A stretch of DNA of 64,000 nucleotides from Candidatus Saccharicenans subterraneus (GTDB lineage Bacteria > Acidobacteriota > Aminicenantia > Aminicenantales > Saccharicenantaceae), in assembly GCA_003426165.1 (NCBI GenBank), contig QUAH01000009.1, forward strand, positions 64,620 through 128,619, read 5' to 3'. The position numbers and the translations under genes are program-made. This document shows, in pieces, positions 52,375 through 61,608 of this stretch. The notes under the pieces were generated by a model that was given only the letters and a program-made list of their open reading frames with translations, did not search any database and was not told where the DNA came from. How positions within the stretch are numbered: position 1 is the stretch's first letter; each line of letters begins with the position of its first letter.

Positions 52375-53247
52375 ATGAAAAAAGTAATTGGCATCCTCCA
52401 GGGGAAAAGGGAAACCGGGAACGGAGGCTTCAATAAGCAGCCGCCGCAAGAATCGCCAGTGGCCGAAGCCCGGCTTGAGGTCAAAAGAAAAGCTAACCTG
52501 GAAAAGCTCTCCCGCCCGGAGGTTTTCAGGGATTCCTTCGTCATACTCAGGAAGAATTTCAAGCTGATTGTTCTGGCCGTGGCCATTTCTGGCTTGATCC
52601 ACCTGATGGCCGGAGCCCTGCTTATCGGAGTTCCCCTGATGAATCCGGGAACTCTTCCTCCAGTTCAGGTCTACAGCGCTTTCCTGGCTCCGATGCCATC
52701 GCCCACTCCGCCACCCGCTCCACCCAAGGGAAGCCCGAGAGGTTCCGGCAAGAAGGCGCCGGTCATGACCAGGCCCTCCGCGGCCCCCGGCGTGCTGGTA
52801 GCCCCGGTTGATATTCCTGAAGAAATCCCCGAGGAAGGGATCGTTGGACAGGGCGATAGGTTCGGCGTTTCCTGGGGTGTGGATTATGGTGAAGATCAGC
52901 CCGTTTGGGGAAAGGAACTGGAGAAATTGATAACCCCGGTCGGAGAGGAAGAAGAGAAACCTGTTGTGGCAGGAGGTGAAATCAAACCGCCTCGCCTCAT
53001 TCGTCGGGTTGAGCCTGTTTATCCCGAGATAGCCCGCCTGGCCAGGAAGGAAGGCGTGGTTATCCTCGAAGCCACCACCGATGTCTACGGGCGGGTGGTG
53101 AACGTTCGCGTCCTGCGCTCGGAGCCGTTCCTGGATGATGCGGCCATCGAAGCGGTCAGGCAGTGGGTCTACGAGCCGATGATCATCAACGGCCGTCCGC
53201 GCTCGGTGACCTTCACCGTGACCGTCATCTTCCGGCTGCAGAAGTAG
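52375..53247 (+). CDS. tonB: energy transducer TonB family protein
   Basis: TM with S-x3-H (SGLIH), Pro-rich spacer, C-terminal PVYPEIARLARKEGVV...LDDAAIEAVRQW. Confidence 0.88.
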   Translation: MKKVIGILQGKRETGNGGFNKQPPQESPVAEARLEVKRKANLEKLSRPEVFRDSFVILRKNFKLIVLAVAISGLIHLMAGALLIGVPLMNPGTLPPVQVYSAFLAPMPSPTPPPAPPKGSPRGSGKKAPVMTRPSAAPGVLVAPVDIPEEIPEEGIVGQGDRFGVSWGVDYGEDQPVWGKELEKLITPVGEEEEKPVVAGGEIKPPRLIRRVEPVYPEIARLARKEGVVILEATTDVYGRVVNVRVLRSEPFLDDAAIEAVRQWVYEPMIINGRPRSVTFTVTVIFRLQK

Positions 53248-53386
53248 AAGCCCTGACCGTTTACTATCAATTTGGTGCCAACACTCCCGAGCTTCTTATT
53301 TTAGAAATTTTTCCAAAAAGTAGTATCCAGCGCGCTGATTTATTTATATTATTACCTTTATTAACTTTCTCGGGAAAGGAGTTTTT

Positions 53387-54943
53387 ATGAGAAAGGCCCA
53401 AAAGCTTCTAGCTGGTATATTTATTTGTGTTTCCTTTTTATATATTTCATTAAGCGCTCAGGGCCCGATAGAGGTGCACTGGGAAACAATTGCCAGGATA
53501 AGGGAAGAAGGTCTGCAGCGTTCCCGGGTGATGGATATGGCCAGATATATAGTGGATGTCCTCGGCGCCCGCCTGACCAACTCGGAGGACATGAAAAGAG
53601 CCCAGCTCTGGGCGGTATCCAAGATGAGAGAAATCGGTCTCGAAAATGTGGTCATCGAGCCATATATGGATTATGGCGTTACCTGGGACAACGAATATTT
53701 TTCACTCCACATGATGGAGCCAGATTATCAACCGATGACCGGTTTCCCGCTGGCTCACACCCCGGGGACCAATGGCAAAAAAATTTGCCAGGTGGTCATC
53801 GGTGACGTAAAGCTGAAGTCGCAAATAGGCCAGTTGAAGGGTAAGCTGAAAGGTGCCATTGTTCTGAGCAGCCCGCCACTGCCCATTACCCAGTCTGACC
53901 TGAGCCGTGGAGTCAGCCGGTTGAGCGATGAGGAATTGAAAAAATTGGAAGAAATGGTAATACCCCCGCCCCCTGCTGTTCCTCCCGTTCCAAATCCGGA
54001 TTTGCTCAGCCCGGAGGAAAAAATTGCCTTTTTCAAGGCCGAAGGGGCGGTAGCGGTTTTTCAGTGTGAGGGTGGCCGCCCGGGCACGGTGGTTGGTTAT
54101 TCGCGTCCGGGAAGCATTAAGGATAAATGGTCACGGGAAAAAACGCTTGACTCCTTGCCAATTATTGCTGTGACTCCAGAACATTACAACAGGATGTATA
54201 GAATAGTGCAGAGTGGAATTCCGGTTAAGGTTAAGCTTGATGTTCGTAATAGGATAGGGGAAAAGATCGTTAAGGCGGCCAATGTCATCGGTGAAATTCC
54301 AGGCGCTGACCTCAAAGACGAAATAGTGATGATCGGAGCGCATTTTGACAGCTGGCAGGCCAGCCCGAATGCCAGTGATAATGCTTCCGGTTGTGCCGTA
54401 GTGCTAGAAGCTGCCAGGATTTTAAAAGCCATCGGTGCCTCTCCACGAAGGACTATACGTATTGCTCTCTGGAGCGGGGAAGAGCAGGGCTTATTCGGGT
54501 CAACCGAATATGTGCGAAAACATTTTGGCAATCCAAAAGATCCGGCCAACCCGCCCACCGGTGAATATGAGAAATTCCAGGTTTATTTTAACCAGGATTA
54601 TGGAGCCGGGCAGTATCGCGGAATTTATCTACAGGGGAACGAACATGTCCGGCGCCTTTTCCAGGCCTGGATGGAGCCTTTCCATGATTTCGGAATGACG
54701 GCTATTTCCATCAGGAGCGTGGGCAGCACCGACCATGTACCTTTTGACAGTGCTGGCCTCCCGGCCTTTCAGTTTATCCAGGACCGCATCGCAGGAACTG
54801 CTGGCCACACCAACCTGGATTTCTTAGATACCCTTTCTCCAGAAGATTTAATGAAGAACGCGGTGGTGATGGCTGCCTTTGCTTATGAATCAGCCCAGAC
54901 CGACATTAAGTTCCCGCGGAAAAGCTTAAAGCAAGAAAAATAA
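53387..54943 (+). CDS. M28 family peptidase (carboxypeptidase Q-like), secreted
   Basis: GARLTNS, GAHFDSW, ASDNASG, WSGEEQGLFGS, GSTDH, HTNLD. Confidence 0.9.
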   Translation: MRKAQKLLAGIFICVSFLYISLSAQGPIEVHWETIARIREEGLQRSRVMDMARYIVDVLGARLTNSEDMKRAQLWAVSKMREIGLENVVIEPYMDYGVTWDNEYFSLHMMEPDYQPMTGFPLAHTPGTNGKKICQVVIGDVKLKSQIGQLKGKLKGAIVLSSPPLPITQSDLSRGVSRLSDEELKKLEEMVIPPPPAVPPVPNPDLLSPEEKIAFFKAEGAVAVFQCEGGRPGTVVGYSRPGSIKDKWSREKTLDSLPIIAVTPEHYNRMYRIVQSGIPVKVKLDVRNRIGEKIVKAANVIGEIPGADLKDEIVMIGAHFDSWQASPNASDNASGCAVVLEAARILKAIGASPRRTIRIALWSGEEQGLFGSTEYVRKHFGNPKDPANPPTGEYEKFQVYFNQDYGAGQYRGIYLQGNEHVRRLFQAWMEPFHDFGMTAISIRSVGSTDHVPFDSAGLPAFQFIQDRIAGTAGHTNLDFLDTLSPEDLMKNAVVMAAFAYESAQTDIKFPRKSLKQEK

Positions 54944-55041
54944 AAAGCTAACCGAGTGCCAGAAACTATGGGTGGGCAGAGTATTTTTTAAGGTACTCCC
55001 TGGACCGGAATCCCCTGGCAAATTTATTTGCTCTTACAAGA

Positions 55042-56637
55042 TTATAGCAGTTGGTCTTCCCGTTGTGGTTGCTTAGGACTTTCTGTGATATCGTCTGTTA
55101 CTTCCAGATCAACGTCGTAGTAAAAAGCAGACAGAGGTTTCCCTGAAATGGGATCTTTATTGTCTAATCTTACGAGAGCATGATAAGAGCCTTTTTTCAG
55201 CCCAGACGTGAAAACCCTGTTTATGACGACTTGATTCTTGCCTTTTCTTGTCACCTGGACGGAAAGCCAGGGAGGAAGATTACTGCTGATCCTCCAGAGG
55301 GGGAGTTCGGCGGTACCCTGGTTATGGATGGTCAAAGTGGCGGAGAGTGTTTGTGGAGTTCTACCTGTTGAGCGTAGCGATACAAGATAGGTATCGCTGC
55401 TGATGATGGGAGGCAGGGGAAAGTCTTTTGATTTGGAAAGGCGAAGCATAACCACGTCATGGGGAGGAACGGGAACTGATATGCCTTCTTTATGCGGACC
55501 GGTGGTTTCATGTTTCCAGAGATCTCTCACATACAGGGCTGATAAGTTGTTGATGCCGATTTCAGGCCAGCGAATAGCTGCTTCCACCGGTGAATCATTT
55601 TGGTTAAAAATGAGAACAGCCTGGCTGCCATCGAATAATTTTTTGTCACCCCAGACGCTAACCCGGCCATCTTTTCGGATAATGTGTCCCTGGATTCCCA
55701 GTGGGTCCTGATCTACGGCGATTAGTTCCAGGTTGGTCAGAATCTCCCTGGTTGTCTTCGTCATGGTTCGCAGGTCGTTTCCGGCCATGAGCGGCGAGGC
55801 CATCATGCACCACAGGCTGAAGAGGCTCCGGTTCTGAGCCTCGCTCAGCCCGGGCATTCCAACAATCATCATGTCCGGATCGTTCCAGTGACCGGGGCCG
55901 GCGTATTCGAATAGTTTCTCATTGTCAAAAACTATGCTCATGGCGTTTTCCCAGTCTGCCTTTCCGGGTTCACATATATCTCCGGTTGTTCGCCAGAGAT
56001 GGCCAACGGCGGCTGCCCACTTCCAGGGAGATCCCTCTCCCCAGGAACAAAGGCTGTGAACAATGGGACGGCCCGCGGCCTGCTGGGCTTCGTACAACTT
56101 AGTGTAGGTCTGGATGATATCCTGGCCCCTGGTATTGCACCAGTCAACCTTAAGGTAATCACAGCGCCATTCGGCGAACTGCTTCATGTCTTCAAGCTCG
56201 TGGTCCTTGGTGCCTGGCATTGCCCGACTGCAGGTATGAGTGCCGGCATCGGTATAAAGTGCGTATCTGAGACCTCTCTTATGGATATAATCACCGAGGC
56301 CGCGCAGGCCGCTGGGATATCGCTCCAGGTTGGTGGTCAGACGACCGTCTTCAGCCCTGTAAAAACAGATTCCTTCATCAGGACCAATGTATAGGTAGCC
56401 GGCTTCTCTCATCCCGTTGCTGACAAGGGCCTCGACCATTTCCTTAATCAACTTCTCGTTCTGCGGTTCCTGCCCGAATGTGTTCCAGGGATACCAGCCC
56501 ATCGGTGGGGTGAGGGCCAGTCCGTCCTGGAGAGCCCGGACTTTTTGTTCAGGCCTTGGGGCCAGGGCAGTAATAGGATAGAGACAAATCACCAAAAAGA
56601 TAGCAAGCAAAAATGGAGTTCTTTTCATTTTTTGCAC
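55042..56637 (-). CDS. GH27 alpha-galactosidase-like glycosidase with C-terminal Ig/BACON-like domain
   Basis: LALTPPMGWYPWN, DYLKVDWC, LWRTTGDI, GHWNDPDMM, PLMAGNDLR, VRDLW. Start may be ATG 56628. Confidence 0.9.
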   Translation of the reverse strand: MQKMKRTPFLLAIFLVICLYPITALAPRPEQKVRALQDGLALTPPMGWYPWNTFGQEPQNEKLIKEMVEALVSNGMREAGYLYIGPDEGICFYRAEDGRLTTNLERYPSGLRGLGDYIHKRGLRYALYTDAGTHTCSRAMPGTKDHELEDMKQFAEWRCDYLKVDWCNTRGQDIIQTYTKLYEAQQAAGRPIVHSLCSWGEGSPWKWAAAVGHLWRTTGDICEPGKADWENAMSIVFDNEKLFEYAGPGHWNDPDMMIVGMPGLSEAQNRSLFSLWCMMASPLMAGNDLRTMTKTTREILTNLELIAVDQDPLGIQGHIIRKDGRVSVWGDKKLFDGSQAVLIFNQNDSPVEAAIRWPEIGINNLSALYVRDLWKHETTGPHKEGISVPVPPHDVVMLRLSKSKDFPLPPIISSDTYLVSLRSTGRTPQTLSATLTIHNQGTAELPLWRISSNLPPWLSVQVTRKGKNQVVINRVFTSGLKKGSYHALVRLDNKDPISGKPLSAFYYDVDLEVTDDITESPKQPQREDQLL

Positions 56638-56855
56638 CCGGTTGAATTAAATTCATGCTCGCTAAATTTCTATAATAAAACCAGGCCTCAATCAACAACT
56701 CTAACATTTAAGAAAATTATGACCCATTCTCTGACCGATAATCTGGAGAAGGTGGAGTTAGAAGGAATAAAGGAAACAAGTTAGGCCTGCCTTCAAAAGA
56801 TTTGGCAAGTTTGTTTTGATTAGTAGCGGTTTTTTATAAAGATACGAACAGAAAA

Positions 56856-58010
56856 TTACCCTCGAGTTCTATTCATGCTCAGATTCTTGGTTATTTCCAT
56901 GAAAAAGGCGTTAGCCTGGCTGAAAAAGCGTTGATAGGATTTGCAAAAATAGTTTCTTTTGGGTTCGGGCTGGTAACCTCTTTCCCGGGGGCAGCCGCCG
57001 CGGCAGTATGCCAGCCAGGGGCATCTCCTGCATTCATCAGGGAGGAGGGCTTTCCTTTGTCCAAAATTTTTTTGAAGGGCCGAGTTGAGCATGTCAATTA
57101 AACGCTTTTCCCTAATGTTTCCAAGCTTCCATTCTTCTAGCACAAAGAAATCGCAAGAATAAACATCACCGTTGTGTTCAACGACCAGGTAATCGCCACA
57201 CTCTTTATGCCAGGTGCATTCAGGCGGAGTTAAACCGGCGTAGGCAAAGACCAGAGATTCGAAGTTACGAACAAAGGTCGAGGGCTGTCCCTCGTGAAAA
57301 TCAGCTTTCCAGAGTTCAAACAACTTAATCAAGAAGTCACCGTATTTTTCCGCAGGAACAGAGAAATTGGCTGGATGTCCCGGTCTCTCGGGATCAGTCT
57401 CAATACAGGGGATGAATTGCATGTAGGTCAGCCCAAGGCTTTTTAAGAATTCATATATTTCTTCGGGAAACTCAGCGGAATAGTCATTGACCACGACCAG
57501 GGCGTTGGTGGCCACCTGCGAATCCAGAAGTAGCTTTGCTGTTTCCACCACCTTTGACCAGGAACCCGCTCCGTTTGGAAAGTGCCGATAGCGATTATGG
57601 ACGGGCTCAGGTCCATCCAGGCTCAGGCCCACCAGAAATTCATTTTCCCTGAAGAATCTGGCCCAGGTGTTATCAATCAACAGTCCATTAGTCTGAATGG
57701 TGTTGGCTGCCTGGTGTTGGCCCTCGTATTTTTGCTGGTATAATAAAGCCTGCTTGAAAAAATCTAGACCCATCAGGGTTGGTTCTCCTCCCTGCCAGTT
57801 GAAAAAAACTTGCCGGTCGCCCTGGGTCAGGAGCTGCCTGGTGGTTTCTTCCAGTATCTCCAGGCTCATCCGGTGCCGATGGTTTTCAGGGAAAAGGTTC
57901 CTTTTTGCCGAGTAAAAACAGTAGTCGCAGCCCAGGTTACAGTCTGGACCCGCGGGTTTGATCAGCAGGCTGTATAGTTTTTTTCTTTTGAATAAATTCC
58001 CGTTGCTCAT
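56856..58010 (-). CDS. anaerobic sulfatase maturase (radical SAM/SPASM)
   Basis: IKPAGPDCNLGCDYC, WQGGEPTL, QTNG, SLDGP; SPASM cysteines (GDVYSCD, CRRC...CRGGC); adjacent to a sulfatase. Confidence 0.94.
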   Translation of the reverse strand: MSNGNLFKRKKLYSLLIKPAGPDCNLGCDYCFYSAKRNLFPENHRHRMSLEILEETTRQLLTQGDRQVFFNWQGGEPTLMGLDFFKQALLYQQKYEGQHQAANTIQTNGLLIDNTWARFFRENEFLVGLSLDGPEPVHNRYRHFPNGAGSWSKVVETAKLLLDSQVATNALVVVNDYSAEFPEEIYEFLKSLGLTYMQFIPCIETDPERPGHPANFSVPAEKYGDFLIKLFELWKADFHEGQPSTFVRNFESLVFAYAGLTPPECTWHKECGDYLVVEHNGDVYSCDFFVLEEWKLGNIREKRLIDMLNSALQKNFGQRKALLPDECRRCPWLAYCRGGCPRERGYQPEPKRNYFCKSYQRFFSQANAFFMEITKNLSMNRTRG

Positions 58011-58083
58011 ATAGTCATCAATCCTGACTTCTATCTTGTTATTTCTTGGATCTTTATCATTGTAAGCAGTTCGTACTAATAAC

Positions 58084-59634
58084 TTAGCCTATCTCACGGT
58101 GCATTTCTTCGAGCCGATTCTGCAGGACTTCTTTGACTGACTGGTACTCGGGGTTTGAAAATTGATTGACAACCTCATCGGGGTCTTTTTCTAAATCGAA
58201 CAATTCCCAACAATCCAGGTCATTGTAATAGTGAATGAGCTTGTGTTGTTTCGTTCTTATCCCGTAATGACGACGGACGGAGTGGACGCCTGGATATTCA
58301 TAATAATGATAATAGATCGATTCACGCCAGCTAGAAACCTTCATCCCCTGAAGGAGCCGCTTAAAAGAAGACCCCTGAATGTCAGGGGGGATGTCTATCC
58401 CGGCTACATCCATAATGGTTGGAGCCAGGTCAATATTAAGAAGCAAATGATCCTTTTCCACCCCTTTCTCCAGGCCATCTGGATAACGGATAATTAAGGG
58501 AGTCTTGATGCTTGGCTCATACATGAATCTCTTATCGAACCAGCCATGCTCTCCCAGGAAGAAGCCCTGGTCAGAGGTATAGATAACTATTGTGCTGTCG
58601 CTCAGCCCGGCCTGGTCTAAGTAATCGAGAAGCTGGCCAAGGCTCTTATCAATTGAGGCCACCGTGCGCAAATAATCTTTTATGTAGCGTTGGTATTTCC
58701 AGAGGGCCAGATCCGGACCCTCTAATTTTTTTCTCTTGAATTCCTCGTTCTCTTCCCTGTAAGCTTCTTCCCAGATCTTTTTTTGGTCATCTGTGAGCCG
58801 TGAAAAAACACTGTTCCAGTAGGCCAGACCTGTCTGTTCATGGTCATTGAGCTGCTTATCATCCAGCGGGAATAGTTTAAGGTCATAGGTCAGATAGCTG
58901 TGGTCGGCTATCCTCATTTCCTGAAGACTGGCCGCAGGGCATCTGTTCTGGTAATCATCGAAAAATGTTTTTGGAACTGGAAGCTCTTGGTCCCGGAAGA
59001 GAGACAGGAACTCAATGTCGGGCATCCAGTTGCGGTGTGAGGCCTTGTGATGCAGACAGAGGAAAAATGGCTTTTGCCGATCGCGAGATTTCAACCAGTC
59101 GATGGCCCTGGAGGTCAGAATGCTGGTTACATAGCCCGGTAACTGAAACCTGTGACTTTTATCGATAAACTCCGGATTGTAATAATCGCCCTGGTCTGGA
59201 AGTATTAGATAATAATCAAAGCCGATGGGTGCGGTCTTCAGATGCCATTTCCCTATCAGCGAAGTCTGGTATCCAGCCTGCTGCAGCAGTTCGGGCAAGG
59301 TAGCCTGGGACGGTTTGAATTCCTGGCTATTGTCGACGACCCCATGCCGGCTGCTATATTGTCCGGTCAGGATGGAAGCTCGGCTCGGGGCACAAATAGC
59401 ATTGGTGCAGAAAAACAGGTCAACCCTTTTTCCTTCCTGGGCTAAGCGATCAAGGTTTGGCGTTCTAATTAAAGTATCGTCATAGCAGCTAATGGCCCGG
59501 GAGGCATGATCATCGCTCATGATAAAAATAATGTTTGGCCGTCTTGTTTTATGCCGGCAGGCCAGGTGGGCAAGTTGCTGGGATAAAGTCAGGGAACTGG
59601 CCGTGGCCAACTTGATAAACTCTCTTCTCTTCAA
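58084..59634 (-). CDS. Cys-type sulfatase, probable Tat lipoprotein
   Basis: TTG start after AGGAGG; KRREFIK and LAC; RPNIIFIMSDDH, CAPSRASILTG, GKWH, YTSDQG, DKRFMYE. Confidence 0.93.
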   Translation of the reverse strand: MKRREFIKLATASSLTLSQQLAHLACRHKTRRPNIIFIMSDDHASRAISCYDDTLIRTPNLDRLAQEGKRVDLFFCTNAICAPSRASILTGQYSSRHGVVDNSQEFKPSQATLPELLQQAGYQTSLIGKWHLKTAPIGFDYYLILPDQGDYYNPEFIDKSHRFQLPGYVTSILTSRAIDWLKSRDRQKPFFLCLHHKASHRNWMPDIEFLSLFRDQELPVPKTFFDDYQNRCPAASLQEMRIADHSYLTYDLKLFPLDDKQLNDHEQTGLAYWNSVFSRLTDDQKKIWEEAYREENEEFKRKKLEGPDLALWKYQRYIKDYLRTVASIDKSLGQLLDYLDQAGLSDSTIVIYTSDQGFFLGEHGWFDKRFMYEPSIKTPLIIRYPDGLEKGVEKDHLLLNIDLAPTIMDVAGIDIPPDIQGSSFKRLLQGMKVSSWRESIYYHYYEYPGVHSVRRHYGIRTKQHKLIHYYNDLDCWELFDLEKDPDEVVNQFSNPEYQSVKEVLQNRLEEMHREIG

Positions 59635-59883
59635 TTTATCCCTCCTGAATGATGAATAAGCTGAGGTGATTTTATACAAATGCTAATCCCTTCGTCCAGC
59701 CCGAATTTCTTTCTTCAATAAAAAGCTGAGGGCCGTTGGGCTAGACCATATTACCGTGAAATGGTGAGGCCCACGTTGCTTAATGAAGTCCATGCTTTAT
59801 TCGTGAAAAAATTAACACTTGACGTTGCTGACAACTTTTATTAAGGAAGTGGGTATGACATCTGATGACTAAGGAAGGTTCAC

Positions 59884-61539
59884 ATGCCTGTTAAGAACAG
59901 AAATCGCCTGATATTCATCATTACCTCATTTCTTGTTATTGTCTTCGCTTTTATATTTCATACTGAAGGTAAGCTCAAGTCCAGAAAGTTAATTTACAAG
60001 GAAGCCGGTCTTCATGGTTATATCAGCTTCGATCATGAACCCATTCCAGGGGAATTTGGAGCGGGAATCGGGTTCTATGTGGCTGTCTGGCCTTTAATTG
60101 ATGAACCGTTGTCCGGATTTCAAATTGGCTTGCCGAGCACCTGGATCATCCCCGATAATTCTGATAACAAGACCAACCCGCTCTGTCCTGAGGGCACTTT
60201 GGCCCGGAAATGGAAACCACGCGGTCCTACCTGGAGTTCTGTTTTTCAAACCATTGAGGGTGGGGTGGGGTACTGGGCTGGTAATCATTTTCGTTATGGC
60301 CCGCCAAAATTCAGCATGAACGGTACGCCCCAATGTTATGATTATGAAATTGGTTCGCCGGGATGGTCATTTTTTTACAGCAATGAGGCTCTGCCGGATA
60401 ACAGACTCGGCATAGCCCAGCTCAGCAATCGGTTATTGATCCCTCCAGACGGCTTAACCTTTGAGGGTAATCCTGATGGGGAATTTCTTGGCTATACCTG
60501 GATGGCTCTGCCCTTGACAGACCCGGAGACCGGTGATCTCCCCACAGGCGATCAGAGCTGGACCTGTTTTTTAAGTGCGGCCAATTTTAAGGGCCCGATA
60601 GCCTTTTTCATTCCAGAAACCTGGAGCAAAATTGGAAAGTTATTCAATTACCCTTTTCTCTATGGACGCGGGCTTGATTCAAGGCCGGGGATAGCAGGAG
60701 GGGGAGCAATTGAAATAAATACGGTGCCCAGGTTTGAACTTAAGGGTTCTGATGGCAAGACTTACGCCAAATTGCCCAGGTTGCAATTCTCCGTGGATGA
60801 AGAGGGAAGGTCTATCCTGGTTCAGGAAGTTACTTATTATTCCAAAGCTGCCTTATATGATTCATTCTTGGCCTGGCGTGACCAGGAAAAGTTTTGCTCT
60901 GGTCAATTTGATGAAAGCGGGGCTCTGAAACCAAAACTGCTGTCAAGACAGACTCGATATGATATGTCCGGGATTGAAATCTCGGGTGTAGAAGGGGAGG
61001 AGGGTATTTTTGTCACCAGGGTTTTCGAGGGAAACAGTTGGGGACTACAGTGGAAATCAAATCTTGAAGGCAGAAAAGGAATTTTCCCGCAGTATTATGG
61101 TTTTAGTGGAGAAAAATACTTTGTGATCGCGGAATCAGAAATACCTGCGGAGACAGGACTGCTTCAGCAGAAATTCAAGCTGGCTGAATCAGGGCCTCCG
61201 TATGTATCGCCATCTAAAGGGGTTTGGGTAAATCCCGGGCCGAAAGCCGGTCCCTACACGGCCAGATTGACTGATGGTTCGGTTGTAACTTATTACTGGT
61301 ATAGATTTATTGATCAACCGGCCTTTCAGCAATATCGCTGGTCACCTGAGAAAAAAGCCAGGCTTCAAGCCCTGGTGGAAAAAATTCATGCCTGCTGGCC
61401 AGCTGACCGTGATTATATGAAGCCTCCGGCCTTCGGCCAGTTGGTGAAAATAGATGCGGGTTTAATAGTGACCCCTCCGCCTGGACTGGAGGTGGGGTAC
61501 GTGCCCATTGTCGTCCGCCAGGAAGCTGCCCGAAAATAG
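59884..61539 (+). CDS. hypothetical exported or anchored protein (551 aa), Trp/Gly/Pro-rich
   Basis: AAGGAAGG RBS, N-terminal TM/signal, long intact ORF; no family motif that I recognise. Confidence 0.8.
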   Translation: MPVKNRNRLIFIITSFLVIVFAFIFHTEGKLKSRKLIYKEAGLHGYISFDHEPIPGEFGAGIGFYVAVWPLIDEPLSGFQIGLPSTWIIPDNSDNKTNPLCPEGTLARKWKPRGPTWSSVFQTIEGGVGYWAGNHFRYGPPKFSMNGTPQCYDYEIGSPGWSFFYSNEALPDNRLGIAQLSNRLLIPPDGLTFEGNPDGEFLGYTWMALPLTDPETGDLPTGDQSWTCFLSAANFKGPIAFFIPETWSKIGKLFNYPFLYGRGLDSRPGIAGGGAIEINTVPRFELKGSDGKTYAKLPRLQFSVDEEGRSILVQEVTYYSKAALYDSFLAWRDQEKFCSGQFDESGALKPKLLSRQTRYDMSGIEISGVEGEEGIFVTRVFEGNSWGLQWKSNLEGRKGIFPQYYGFSGEKYFVIAESEIPAETGLLQQKFKLAESGPPYVSPSKGVWVNPGPKAGPYTARLTDGSVVTYYWYRFIDQPAFQQYRWSPEKKARLQALVEKIHACWPADRDYMKPPAFGQLVKIDAGLIVTPPPGLEVGYVPIVVRQEAARK

Positions 61540-61608
61540 TAAATAAATATAGATTGATCATAAAAGAGTTAGCCAGGCCTGTTTGTTTGGTCTCTTGAAT
61601 TGTCCCGG

